Positions 12,579 through 25,538 of a DNA stretch of 64,000 bases are shown here, in pieces. The stretch is from Pocillopora damicornis. Taxonomy: Eukaryota. The position numbers were made by a program, and so were the translations under genes. The stretch is from assembly GCF_003704095.1 (NCBI RefSeq), contig NW_020844976.1, forward strand, positions 1 through 64,000, given 5' to 3'. Below the pieces are notes generated by a model, which was given only the letters and a program-made list of their open reading frames with translations, did no database searches and was not told the origin of the DNA. Within the stretch, counting starts at the first letter, position 1; each line of letters starts with the position of its first letter.

Positions 12579-12803
12579 TACAGTAAATGCTCTAATAAGC
12601 CCTTCCTAAAAGGTTGTGTAAGACCCCCTCTCTAATAGGCCCCCTACTTTAAAAAGCCCTCTCTAATACGCCCTCCTCTCTAATACACCCCTCTCTCATA
12701 AGCCCCCCCGCCCTCCTAGAAGCCCCCCTCCATAATAAGCCCCTCTCTCTTGTAAGCCCAAGTAATTTATGAGCCCTCTCCTTCCAGGGGGTTATTAGAG
12801 CAT
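12579..12803. mobile_element. MITE-like element with terminal inverted repeats and an internal (ctctaataagcccc)n array, family D
   Basis: The left end tacagtaaatgctctaataagccc and right end ggggttattagagcat are inverted complements. A related element lies at 57269-57892. Confidence 0.7.
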
Positions 12804-12903
12804 GGGACACATCAAGTGAGAGACAAAAACCTTTCTCCCCCATCTTAGACACACCACTACACACACTTTCTCTCTACGCCAGTTATCCCCTCAAGATGTT
12901 TCA

Positions 12904-15900
12904 TCATCTGTTGCTCTGCCTTCCAGTTTGGGATACAAGGCTTCGAGAGGATACAGGCTTGGTTGCTGATTTCATCTTACTAGGGCCAGTCTTCCTGGAA
13001 GCACTCCCTGTGCTCTGCTGTGTAGTGCCTGGCCCTGTCAACCTCTTAGGTTGTGGTGATCGCTGCACTCTAGACTGTTCCTTTTCTGCCTTCAGCTGTA
13101 AAAGCAGGAATGTTTACTTGTCAAGTCTTCCTACTTATTGTAACTTGTAAATGTGAACAAAACTCAAAAGAGATTTACATTAAATTTCACTCACTCTGGC
13201 TTGGTATCGCTTCTCAAAATAGGCCATGTCCTCTTCCTCAGTGGTTCTACATGCCACCTGTCCTGCACCAGCACCCATTCCATCCTCTAATGACAGCCCA
13301 GCCAGACCAGCTTGTGCTCTGAGGAAAGGGTGGTCATTAGGTCCTGGGAAAAACAACAAAATTGAAAAACTGTAGACATCTTGCGCAGTATGGAAAAACT
13401 CCTGTTATACATATTTAAAAAAAAGAACACCAGTTAAAGCAGAGCTCTTGTGCTTGAATTTAATGTCTTTTTCTGAGGTTTTTTGGGAACATGTTCTTAA
13501 TCTAGGAAGGCAGCAAACCCTGGCAATTTTTTTTTTTTTTTTTTGCATACCTACTGGCTGCTCCAACATATGCAAGGGTGGTGGGCCAATTCCACTGTCA
13601 TCCAAGCGCATGTAGCCATCCATCAGTGAACTGAACCCTGTGATTCCACCCATGGCAGCATAAGGCACATCATGGCCTGTTGGGTGGCCACGAGATATGC
13701 GTTCTTCTTTTGTTTCAACAATTGTCTTGTGGGGAAAAATTTCAATAGAGAAAAAAAGACAGCTTGCTCTATGCATAGTTCATTAAAGTCAAATGGTTAC
13801 TGTGAGTACTGGACTTGAAACCTGGTGGAACCACATGCAAGTCCTCTTCCCTGCGATCTAACCCTCTGAACCTATAGAGTGACTGACATCTAATTTCTCC
13901 TTAGAATATCACCCCACATATCACACATTAAGGTCATGAGAACACAGGAAATAATCACGAACTTAAGAAGCTCGTGACTGTTATATCAATTCTCCTTGTC
14001 AGTGCATTATTGTATAGAGAACAGTATGAAGAATACGTATACTGATGCTAGGTGTAAAAGGTTAAGTAGGAATACTCTAGATGAGGGTTTTTTGTTTTGT
14101 TTTTTGTTGGTTTTGTTGTTGTTGTTGTTGTTGGTTTTTTTTCAAGACAAACTCAGTGGTTGTGCCCTAAGAACAGCCCACTGTCTGGTCTACCTTCTGC
14201 AAGTTGAGACTCTTAACCAATACATTTAAATTTATTTTGAAAATTCATTTTATTCTTCAGTAATTGTGTCAGCCCCATGAAAAAAATTAATTTTATGCCA
14301 AAAGTAAGATTGTGGTATGAGAGGAGAAGAATCCCAGTCTTCCAGAGAGAGTATGTGAGAGCCGATTTTTTAAAATCTAAATCTAACAATGAGATAAAGT
14401 TTGGACAGTTTTACTGCATTTATTTATGAGTTTAAAATATGAGCTGTTCCTTATTTGATTAACAAAAATTTGCAGGAGCCAAAGCAAAATTGTCTACAGA
14501 AATTCTAGCAAATTTTAATGATGTCTCATTTCCTCTTAAGACCTCTGAAAGCGGGGCAGGAGGAAGGGAGGGGTGGGAGAAGGTTTGCTTACTCATCTAG
14601 GACCCTAAGTTAGAAACAATGGCACATTTCACCAACCTTGTGAGCATAAGTTGGTTCTCCACAGCCACAAGTGTAAGAACTTCTGAATTTTTTACATGCA
14701 CATCCTTTTGAACACTTGTATGGTACCACCTCGGAATGATCATCAGCAAAGTGTTTACACTGACATCTGATTGGCTGGGTGCCGTTCTTTGGTACATAGT
14801 GGTAACTCTTACATTTACAGCCACTAACACGGCAAGGGACTGGGATCGGTCTGATTTGCGGTAGTGTCTCATAATCAGTTTTGTGTTGTTTGTACCTATG
14901 TTGGAAAAAAAGCATTAAAAGTTCTTTGTAAGTTTGATTTCTTGTATTTTGGAATAAAATGTTACCAAATTATTTATTTTGCTTTTTTTCTATTTCTCTA
15001 TGTGACCCTACATGTGACTGCTGATAGATGGCTCCAGGAAATGGTTTGCTCTTATGTAATACTGTCATACTGTAATCTCCTGCAAAAACATTCTGCTTAC
15101 GAGTAGAAATGTCCATGCTCATTCATGCAAATTGTCAGATCACTTCTTTAAGCTGCCAAAGAAATACCCCCCAAAAAAAAAAAATAATTAAAAGCCAAGA
15201 TTTCCATATCATCCATACTTCATTATACATACAGTTGTTTGATTAAAGAAAACTGTGGTATAAACTAGTTTACCAATGCAGCTGAAGTTTACGAAATAAT
15301 GAAAAAAAAATAGTAATCGATTAATAGGACAATCGTCTCGCTTACCCCAAAATATCGTGATTTGCCAGCGTCTCGCAGATCACTCATTAGTATCGATTTT
15401 CTCGTTGCTGACAATCAACGATACTTTGCTCAAAGTCATCTAATAATTGTCAGTAATTCCATTTTTGCATTTCTCACCTGTGATTGCAGAAACACATTGT
15501 TTCAGGGCCGACCATCTTGCAGTCCATACCGTTTGGTGCTGTCCAACTTACATACAGCCTGTTCTTCATTCTCTGTGGCAGAACTTTTTTCTTGTACTCT
15601 TCATATTCTTCAGGAGTAAAGAGTTTTCCTCCGTCGTCATCCCCAACAATTCTGAGAAAAAAAAATAACAACAGTCTTTTCGAAATTATGCAAATGTAGC
15701 ACAAGTGTGTCTCCAGCTAACTGCGCACACCCTGCAATTCTGTTGCAGCATTCATTGAAATGCAAAATCACAGCTGTTAGGTTTATATAGGTTTAGAAGA
15801 CCTGAACCATTGTAAATGACTCATTTCACACGAAAATGCTGCTACTGCATGCCAGCCAATAACCAAGCTCGCTTCGATTTAAATTGCTATTTTAGATCGC

Positions 15901-15992
15901 ATTTAGGTGACAAACCTTCGATATTCCAAGTATTGATCTATAGAAGCCGCAGCAGTACTATCCAGCTTTAGATGTATTCGATCTCCAGCCAT
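12904..15992 (-). CDS. FAM221A: Protein FAM221A (Cys-rich), 6 coding exons
   Basis: ATG at 15992: MAGDRIHLKLDSTAAASIDQYLEYRR | IVGDDDGGKLFTPEEYEEYKKKVLP..DCKMVGPETMCFCNHR | YKQHKTD..QPIRCQCKHFADDH..CGCGEPTYAHK | TIVETKEER..VPYAAMGGITGFSSLMDGYMRLDDSGIG | ..EEEDMAYFEKRYQAR | ..SNR* (TGA 12906-12904). Matches human FAM221A motifs. Confidence 0.93.
13858..14065. mobile_element. MITE family A copy (TTAA/CCCTT ends, piggyBac-like)
   Basis: Same roughly 210-bp body (gagtgac..aatttctcct..aatatcacccc..attaaggtca..gaata..tactgatg..ggtgtaaaaggttaa) as 49739-49950. Confidence 0.85.
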
Positions 15993-16270
15993 CTAGCCGC
16001 AAGAAAGGTCAAAATTCAGACAAAAATTCACAGCAAACAGCTTGGTAGAGGCTTCCTTCGTTTCCAAAACGACTGGATGGATGTTGTATAAGCCATACCA
16101 AATGTCCCTCAAATTAGTTCCAGTCTTTTTCCACAAAAATCGTTGCCAGGCAAACGTGAATACGAGGCAAAAACAAAATTTGCAAAATTCAAATTCCAAA
16201 AGATAACTTTATCTTTCCGACGATATTCCTTCCAAATAAACCAAATAAAGCCTAACATACATCGAAAGGT
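15993..16270. promoter_or_regulatory. Bidirectional promoter and 5' UTRs of FAM221A/ZSWIM2, with an X-box (RFX)-like motif at 16142-16155
   Basis: Divergent ATGs are 278 bp apart. cGTTGCCAGGCAAACg matches the X-box GTTGCCATGGAAAC at 12/14 positions. Confidence 0.7.
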
Positions 16271-19200
16271 ATGGCTCGAAGGATTCCCTGGAGAAGAAAT
16301 TGCCCTGATGTTGTTCTGAACAGAATTGAGGAAGCCATTCAAGCTAGAATTTATCTTCTTCGCGAGACAGGCCCCACAGGATTTCTTTTGAAGGAAGATG
16401 GCTTGGATAAGAAATTTAAGGTTTGTTGACGTAAACAGCGATTTCTTAACAATAACAACAAGTCTCATAGCCGTATAAAACGTCTATTTTCTTTTACGAA
16501 TGATACGAGAATACAGACGAGCCCTAAAGTTTGTTGGATGCATGATGAATGTACCCAAAGACGTTTGAAAACTTATATTAATTCTACTTGATTGTCATAT
16601 GAACTGGGGTAAAACTCAAATCTTTGGTTTTCCCTTACCATAAGCTATTTACTCTGAAACAATACTATTGTTGTATAAAAAAGTTTGACAATGGTGAAAC
16701 TAACATACAGTAACTTGCAACATGATTCTGCAAATACATAATTATTGTCTCCTATTTATTTTGTTTGCCGGCGTTACAATATGAGAACTTACATTACAAT
16801 ACGTACATGTATACTTTCCACGTTTTCAACTGTACCATAACAGTTCCCTAATAATCTAACTCTACCCTATCATGAGTTTTAACTCACTTTGAACCTTAGG
16901 ATACCCTGCTAGGAATGTTACCAGAAGTAAGCCACAAAAAGTATGCATGACTTTTCATATTTTATTGTCTCATTCCATATTATTTTGTTTTTCAGGTGTT
17001 TTTGGGCGATCAACATTCTTGTACTTGTCAAAATTTCACAAAGGAGAAGGAGCTATGTATTCATATCCTCTGGTAAGTACAATTTTAATTCCAACACATA
17101 ACAAAAATTTGTGCATGCACTCACTTTTAATGCACAAAGATATTTAAACATCTTCTTTTCAAAGACTTCATTAGCACTCAATAGTACTGTTTGAAAATGA
17201 TAGCTTATACATCACTTTTTTGTCTTTTGTTTTCTTCTTTGTTATTTTACTGCAGGGTGCTTCTCAAAAAATTTCGAGTTCCTAAAGAAAATCAGAGTAA
17301 GTACTTTATCAACTATGTACATGCAAAAATGTTGTACCCATATCACTGTTTGCTAAATGCCTGTTTTGCACTTTTTTCTGCTAGTTTTAAATCAGATTAT
17401 TTTAAATTTTTAGGGGGAAAAACTCAAAACAAATACCTACAATGTTGGTTGCCTATATGTGTAACAGCTTGTCAGTATCTATTGTGATCAGTGCAATTGA
17501 CTGTGGGTTGAGAGGTCTGGGTTAAAACCCCAGCTGCATCAATATGTTTATCTGTTCTTGGGTGAGAAACTTTACTCTCTCAGTGCCTCTTTCTCTCCAC
17601 CCAGGAATATAAATGGTTACAAGAAAATAATTAGGAAAGCCTTAGAAAATGCTGGAGAAAGCCTTGATGGACTAACATCTAATACAGAGGGGGTTGTAAG
17701 ATTCTTTGTCAATTCATGCAGCTGAAACTTGGATAAGCTCTGGCCAGATGGGCCAGGAGACTTATAAGCTGATTTTACTCTACCACCGTTTAGTGATTGT
17801 AAAGATAATGAGCAAGGAACAAATGATCACTGTTTGAATCTTAGTTATATTTCAACTATCACTGGTGGAACGTGAGATTAATGAAGTGATGAAGGGAGGC
17901 TACTCAAGGTCAAACAGATCAAAGAGGAAGGATTCTGGTAAAGATATGGCAAACTCTGATGATCGAGAGAAACTTAAACAGAAACAGATCGAGGAAGAAG
18001 ATGTGTGTCCAATCTGTCAGGATGAGTTGCTGCAGAAACCTGAACCACTAACTTATTGCAAGTAAGTGTCAAAGACAGGGAGCCTCTGATAAGATACACA
18101 GTAGCAAACATTCCACATAATGGAAAAGAAATTCAGCAAACAAACCTTCGTTCACTTGTTCTGTATGGCAATCTTTTCTTTCAATAATCTCCACATTGAA
18201 AAGTATTCAAGTTTTGCCTTGGGACTTGGTAAAAACTCCAATTAAAAGGGACAAGTTTGTTGTTTCACAATAGTTCTTGGAAGTTTTGCTGCAAGCATCA
18301 ATATCATGTTTTCAGTGCACTTTTTCCGGCTGGCATCTAAACTAACCACAGTTTAACCAATGAAAGCATTTACATTGTTGTTTGTAGGTATGGCTGTGGT
18401 AATAGTATTCATGTAAAGTGCATGAAAATCTGGGCTGAACACCAACGTTCCACTGGAGAAACCATCATCAAGTGTCCTCTTTGTAGAATTGACTTTGGGA
18501 CTTTGCAGGTTAGTCATTCAACATGAAGATGTTCATGACCTGTTTTTTTCATTTCTGTCAGTAATTTAAAACATCCTTTTGATATTTTTACCATGACGCT
18601 CATTTTACCCAGACATTTTGGATTTTTATTTCTTAACTTGGCTTTTACAACTAAAGTATTTTTAATTAAAAGGAATTAATGGATGAGTTTCACAAATCCT
18701 CTCGACGTAAAACAAGAGCAGAAAGACAAGACCTTCACCTTGGTGCAACTTGTAAGAGATGCAGAGTTTGTCCCATAGCTGGAAAATGTTACAGGTAACA
18801 CACACCTGTTGTATCTATGAGGTAGACTATTTTGTGGCTATGGCTCTGACAGAAGATTAAAAGTCATAATGTTAGCTGTGGAAACTCTCTACAGAGGCCA
18901 ATTTACATTTATCAACTCAGAAACCAAATTATCTTGTAATATCCCTCCCCCCACCCACCCATTACAGTACTCCCTTTACTATTTTGTAGTATTTTATTAA
19001 CAGTTAATTCTGATTTATACAACTTGACAGCTTACTAATTTGAAAAAATTTCTGGCTTGTTTACAGGTGTGTTGTTTGTGCAGATTATCATCTGTGTCAC
19101 TCTTGTTTTGCCACAGACACACATTTACAGCATTCTTTCCAGTTTAGACAGGTAACATCAGTATGCGTACTCTCCATACTGTTCTTTATACCTCTCCTAA

Positions 19201-21772
19201 AGTGCTGACAAGAATAATTTGTTTTATAATCATGACCTTCTTTAGTTGATGATCATTTCTTTTATTCTCCTCACCTTAATGTTTGGCTCAGGGGTGATAT
19301 TGTGAGAAGAAATTGGATGCTAGTCACTCATCAGAGTCGAAGGGTTAACTGCTCACACAAAATCAGATTTCAATCAATTTCAATGGTGAAATTTGTTGCA
19401 TGTAAATTCTACATTGATTGATAGAATCTCACACTAATTGTTATTTGCATCACATGAAGTTGGAGATCAGTACAAAATTGTATTCTTCATGTTCATTAGA
19501 AACCCAGTGAACGATGGCGAGCAGCTTCACGGATAACTCCTTTACCCAGTGCAGTAATGAGTGACTTGGAAAATAGAGATATTTCTGAGAGTGATTATGA
19601 ATTGCTGTTGCAACTTGACAGGTAGGACAACAAAATTATTTGGATCAGTTTCGTACGAGTATCAAAAGTGATTAAAAATTTAATTTAATTTTAGAACTAT
19701 CCTCATTACCTGTTTGGTCCTTGCATTCACAGGCAGGTTACTGATCAGGATGGCATCCCTGCAAATGTGATCCACAGTCTACCAACACAAGTGTTGCAAG
19801 ATGGACACAGGCTGTTGGGTGACAGCAGCAACTGTGGTGTCTGCTTACAAGGATTTCAAGTCCACCAGCGCATCAGAACTCTTCCTTGTCACCATCCTTT
19901 TCACATCACTTGTATCGACAACTGGCTTTCAAACCATTCACAGTGCCCTGTGGATGGCTCTTATGTTGGATCTGTTATTACCACGGCACCCAGGCCACCA
20001 AACAGACAAATGGTGTCAGGAGTGGGGCAATTTAGGTCTGGACCAAAAGGCAGTCATGCATTAGGAGGGGCTGGGAAAAGACCAAGCCAGAGATTAAAAG
20101 GACTTAATGATAGTAGCAACTCAGCAGCAAGTTTACCAAGTAGTTTTACTCTCAGCGGATCTCAATTGATGGTAGTACAAAATGATAAGTCACGGTAAGA
20201 GTGGAAAAAATTGTCAGACCTTGGAGTAAAGTTCCTATAGAGATTTGAATATTGCCCCAAAGTTACTTGCATTTCTTTTTTGCACATAAACGCATCAACT
20301 GAATTTAACTTATTTCACCAAAGTCAAGATTGATTACTTCACCCACAACCTATGGCTGGTTTCTTTAAAGTTTCTTAAGTTTTGAGATTTCTTTAGATTA
20401 TGGCCGTTCAAACTTTGGTGTCTATCAAAAGACCAAATTCTATGCATGAATATAGTACTTGTTACACTTTCCTATGAATATGGCCGGCAAACCTGATGTT
20501 AAGTGATTATAACTCCAGTGACTTTAGTACAAGTCGTATTCCAATAGTTGACCCCTAACCCTTTATTTCCTATGAGTGACCGAGACATAATTTCTCCTTG
20601 CAATATCAATACAACATCAAGAAGACAAGTGATGAGAATACAAGCAATTATCAAGTAGGAAATTATTAGTTGATACGATACCAAATTCTCCAATCTAACG
20701 TGGGGAGAATTGTGAGGGAGACCGTGAGGAGAATTACTAATGAGATCGTTTAAGGTTCAGTGATATATTTGGCTTTACAATGGTGCTACAACTGTTATCC
20801 ATTTTCATACAGGTCCGATGGAGACATTCAGATTCCCAGTCATGACCGTGTGTCATCCGTAGAGCCTCCGCTAATGGATCAGCCTCACATTATTCCCCAC
20901 GTGGGTCTTTTTCGAGTATCTTCAGCGGGACGGGACAAGACGCGATCTCAACACAGAACTTCTCCTGAATCCTCCGCTGGAATAAAATCGTTCACGCGGT
21001 ACAACTTAAATTTTAATCCTGTGAATGCTTCTAAACCACCCATGCCGCCTCAAAGTTTGAACAATAGTAGAAGTTCGAGCAGTGAAACAAGGAGGCCGAG
21101 GGCAAAACTGGACAGAACTCAACGAAGCAGTGTAAGTTGGTACTTGCAGTTGTAGTGTAATAGAGCGCATTTCGATTATATATGTTGTAAAAAAATCCAG
21201 CATGATCAACCGAACCAATGCCAAATCAGAGAAAAATACAAAGAGCTAATGATAGTTAAAAGCCAAAAACGGGCAAACAGTCTAAAGCGCGGAAAAACGC
21301 GGGTGACCAAGTCGTGAGTGTTGTAGTTCTTTCATCTGATTGTTTGGGAAGTTGGGGCGAGTTTTCTAGACCAATCACACAGCGAAGAAGCAAACGCAAG
21401 ACAATCCGTCTCGTACTTACAGAATAAGCCCCCTCTATCTATAGAGACATTTGGAGGCCAGATATCTCAAAGTGAAAGCATAAGCGCTTTTCGTGAATGG
21501 CGATTTCGTGTTAGGTATCTTACTTATTCCGTATCATTTCTTTGCAGTCGGTTGGAGAACTTAGTTTGTTCGCATCAGGCACCGCTGTGTCACTTGGATC
21601 GCAGGCTCCGCCATTAAACACAGACAAGAAACTTAAAGGACAGCTTATGAAAGGAAAGCTAACAACCAAGAATTCTCGGCAGTCTCTATCGGACCCAGGC
21701 CTAGCCGTGACGTTGGAGCCTATTGTTGGCTCTGGAATATCAGTTTACCTCCCTCCTGTTGATATAGATTGA
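16271..21772 (+). CDS. ZSWIM2: E3 ubiquitin ligase ZSWIM2 (MEX): SWIM, RING, ZZ, RING-H2 and a disordered tail
   Basis: MARRIPWRR..IYLLRETGPTGFLLKED..FK | VFLGDQHSCTC..ELCIHILW | VLLKKFRVP (SWIM); CPICQDEL..YCKYGCGNSIHVKCMKIW..KCPLC (RING); CKRC..GKCYRCVVCADYHLCHSCF (ZZ); CGVCLQGF..LPCHHPFHITCIDNWL..CPVDG (RING-H2). The last exon ends at TGA 21772, with AATAAA at 21870. Confidence 0.93.
17480..17785 (+). mobile_element. Degenerate tRNA-derived SINE with a conserved central domain (MetaSINE/CORE-like)
   Basis: B-box-like ggtctgggttaaaacccc, then ttcttgggtgagaaactttactctctcagtgcctct..ctccacccagg..ataaatgg, and a tail ggataagctctggccagatgggcc. This layout is typical of metazoan SINEs (recall, not searched). 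Confidence 0.6.
19153..19348. mobile_element. MITE family A copy (opposite orientation) abutting a ZSWIM2 splice donor
   Basis: taacatcagtatgcgtactctccatactgttc..gaaattggatgctagtcactc..agggttaa is the reverse complement of 49739-49950. Confidence 0.85.
20556..20758. mobile_element. MITE family A, divergent subfamily copy
   Basis: taaccctttatt..gagtgac..aatttctcctt.caatatc..aaattctcc..gagaatt. Similar copies at 56562-56764, 58956-59134 and a fragment at about 51010-51075. Confidence 0.7.
21195..21405 (-). mobile_element. Repeat family B copy
   Basis: aaagcgcggaaaaacgcgggtgaccaagtcgtga..tctgattg..gcgagttttctagaccaatcac, as at 4580-4835. Confidence 0.75.
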
Positions 21773-23452
21773 GTCAAACATAATTTGTAATGAATAATGA
21801 AAAGTGTGCAGAGGGAAAAAAAATTCAAGACCGACACGAGAGGAAAAAGAGTCAGTTTTGTTTGAATTAAATAAAGTAAATTTGAAGGAAACATGAGTTA
21901 CTGGGTCAGAACTTCCGAGAATTAAACATCTCGAATAACGTTGGCCACCAAATTTGTTTTAGACCAGTTTATCCCTCTTTTGATAAACTGAACCATCAAC
22001 AATTTTCTTTCACTAATAGCTGTTAACTGGTACGGTATATTACAGATAAGTAACCCAACAGATGCAGTTATTTACTCTATGCCCCTTCCCTCCCCCCAAT
22101 ATTTTTACTTAATTATTTTCCAAAGATAACAAACAGGAAACCTCTTTTCAGCCACCCTCTCTATCCCCTTCATACTTGGAAATAAATTAACCCCTACTCA
22201 AGAAGATAAAATCAGGTCCAAATTATTAGATGAAAGAGTAAAAGCTATCAGAAATTATACAGCGTTATTTGTGGCGTGTATTTCTAAAATTCACAAGTTG
22301 ACATTTAATTCTAATATTGAGTAAAACGAACGATCTGAAAACAAATTTGCCGTATTGTCAAGCTTTCATTCTTTATGGTAACTAATCATTTCGTCTAAGA
22401 GTGGTTCGCTAATTAAAACGACAAATTCACTAGCGCCATAGGTCGGCCCGTCAAAGGCTAAGTCCTTTCGTAAACGCACTATGTCACTCGCAAAGATTCG
22501 TATTTTTAAAGTCTTAGCAACTACAAAGTGCGACGCGTTATTATTCATCAAGATATTTAAAACATGTAAATCGGCCATTTAAGGTGTGTTGCTGTTGTTC
22601 TTCGATTTCAGAGGTGCTTGTCAACTGAGCAGGTATTTTCCCTTTTTTTTTGGCTTATTGTTTTGGTTTAGAAGACCTTACATAACTTCTTTTAACCGTA
22701 TTGGCCACAATACATGTAGAGAGTATATATATCTCAGGAATGGTTTGAATATCTCAATATTTAACTTTCTTTGAAGTAATACGCCCACGATACGCCCACA
22801 GGCGCCCAATGTTATCTTTTCAAATATTAGACAAGCCTCCAGACTTGTTGTGGGGAATTGTGCTTCTATCTGCAGCGAACTGAAAGAATTTATATTGCAG
22901 CAAGAATTAGCAGGCTTTTGTTTTGTTGCCGTTTGTAGAATTTCTTTCAGAGGTGAGGTAAGTGGAGTCCTTCTAAGTTTTCGCTTCAGCTTTTTCGTCT
23001 AAAACTGCGGAAGAGTGTTTTCGACTACTGCAGAGTGAGTCTGTAACGCTGTTTAACTACATTAGATTTGATGCCTGTGGAGATAACCTTTATGACAGAG
23101 GTGTAAATAATTAAAATATGATTGAAATGAAATTTGCTTCGATCTTATTGCCAACTTACTGCGGCATACTCTCGGTTTCGAAAAAATTCCCTTCCAGGGT
23201 GAATATAAAGCGATTCAACAAATATTTGACGCTGTTGTTGGTTAGGAAATTGGTTATACTTTTCAGTCCATGCAAAGCAAGATTTTCTCATGTTGATGAA
23301 GTATAGAGACATCTCTTTGGTCATAATTTAACCTATTTACTCAACTGCCGAGTCGGTTTTCATTACATTTTATCACAAGTATTGAAGGGACATTTCATTT
23401 CTCGTATACGCTGGCATTTGCTATCGAAACCCATTTCAGTGTACATGAAATC

Positions 23453-23474
23453 AGCCAATCAGTGGTCACATGAC
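23453..23474 (+). promoter_or_regulatory. CCAAT box next to an M-box/E-box (GTCACATGAC), upstream of a candidate non-coding first exon (donor at 23602)
   Basis: agccaatcagtggtcacatgac, followed about 130 bp later by tcg|gtaagt. Confidence 0.35.
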
Positions 23475-25515
23475 TGAAAAACACTGTTTTGCATTCGATT
23501 TTGTGTCAAGGTCGCGAAGGTGTGTCGCGGATGTGTCGCCTGGATTCAAAAATTTTGCCTCGTGTTGATTAACTTCAAAGAGTAGCGCCTTACTAGTATC
23601 GGTAAGTAGACTGTAGTCATTCTTTACTCGTGATATTGTCTTTGAGACGCTTGTGGTTTTGGCAAAAAATGCTACATAACGTCATAAAAATTCCCCAATA
23701 TTTGAAAACGCGAAGCTCTATGGCACATGGATTCGTTGAAATTGCGTAACGGCAGGATTTTACACGGGAGCCTTCTCTTGACTTTCTTTCCTTAATATTT
23801 GGAGCAAAATTTCACCTGTAACGTTCTATCACAAGGCAAGCGCTGTTATTGAAGCAAAATCGTGTAAAACTTGGAGGACTTGAGTAGTTTAGGAATGTTC
23901 ACTGATTTAAACTGTTGACTTCAAAGAGGGATTTTGAACAATCAGTCTCTCTCTAAAATCATTCCTCTAAATCTGTCAACGAATTGTGTACGTTGCTAAG
24001 ATACTGTTTTGGTCCTTCAATTACCAATCTCTATTAATGATATTAGCGCTTTCGTATTTGGCTTAAAAACTTTAAAAAACGTTACTTTGCTTTCTTAAAT
24101 GCCGCTGTGTAATCGTCGTCGGGTATGTGCAACTGTTTTAACTTAGAATCAGACTTATTCAATAAGATATTAATATAATAACTTGTTTATTTTTAAGAAT
24201 GTCGTCTAAAATTGTCTGTTTATTTTAGTTTAAACAAGCTATCGTTTCAATATTGGCTTTCAATTTTTTTTTGTCTATATTTCTATATATAATATTTTGG
24301 GCAATATTATGTAAGAAAAAAAATAGTAAATGTAATCTTCTTTAGTTCTCTTCAGCGTACTGTTTAGGAGAACTACCCCTAAAAGAAGTTTGACATTTTT
24401 ATAAAAATCTAGGGCAATATTGACTCAGTAATGGAGGAGAGGTTTTTGGTGAACGAAAGTTACATTCGTGAGGTTTTCGGTGACTTCAAACAGATATCGA
24501 GACTGCTCAAGCTTTTCTGAAGAGAAGAGTTGATTCAGAACAATGGGATACGTAACAAAATATGACATTTTCAAGTGAATGACTACCTTTGGGCCAAGGG
24601 CAGCCACAGAGGGAACATCATAGGTCACTACTTTCTGATGTCAGCGCGAAATTTTAAGAGACAGAGCCATTTCGAGGCATTTCGCCAGTCTTTTTCTCCG
24701 GCAGACGTTGAAAACAAGTGGCCTTTTACGAAGAAAAATTTTTCGTGTATCTAAGCTTGTTTCATATTGGGTGAAATATAGTTAAGACAATTCATTGAAT
24801 CACAGACAGACGTATAAAATAAATTTTGAGCAATTTAGATTACCATGTAAAATGTAGACGGCCTAATTTGGTAGGCAACGGTGCTGGCGCCGTTTTAATG
24901 TAGTAAACCTTTATATTCTCAACAAAAATTTAAAAAAACACACACACAAAATAAATTTGGAAATACTTCAGTGAGCTGTTACGCTCGAACCAGATAGAAA
25001 TATCGCTGCTAATAAGTTTTGTTAGAGGTAAAGCCTTTTAGCTTTCAGACATGTACATTTTTACCAAAAACTACCAAATCAAGAAACACGTCTAGATGAG
25101 CAATATGTCATGGTACAATTACCCTTTTTACAGAAAACAAGATCAGGAACTTTTTTTTGACATGCAATTCTTGGAAAATTATCAAACTGATGTCTTCGAG
25201 GCAAAAACCTTTATCATATAAATATCTGACTTGCACGATTCCAATTCTGCGCATTCATTCTGCATGTTAAGAAAGAGAATGGGTTTCTGCCATATTTATT
25301 TACTTATTTATCTATTTTGTCATAGCTCAGTCTCCCTTGGTGATTTAAATCAAGTTTTTTTTTAGTCACACTGGACAGTCGAGGAGAACTGGCATCAAAA
25401 ACAACCAAATCTGGCTCTTCTTTTCCATTTTAAAGTCTTCCTTGTTTTGAAAAACACAAAGCATAAAAAAACAAGAGGGTTGACCAATAGACCAGTAGCC
25501 CTCGGAATCATGTCG

Positions 25516-25538
25516 CCTCTCTCTCTCTCTCTCTCTCT
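25516..25538. repeat. (CT)n microsatellite
   Basis: About 11 CT units. Confidence 0.9.
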
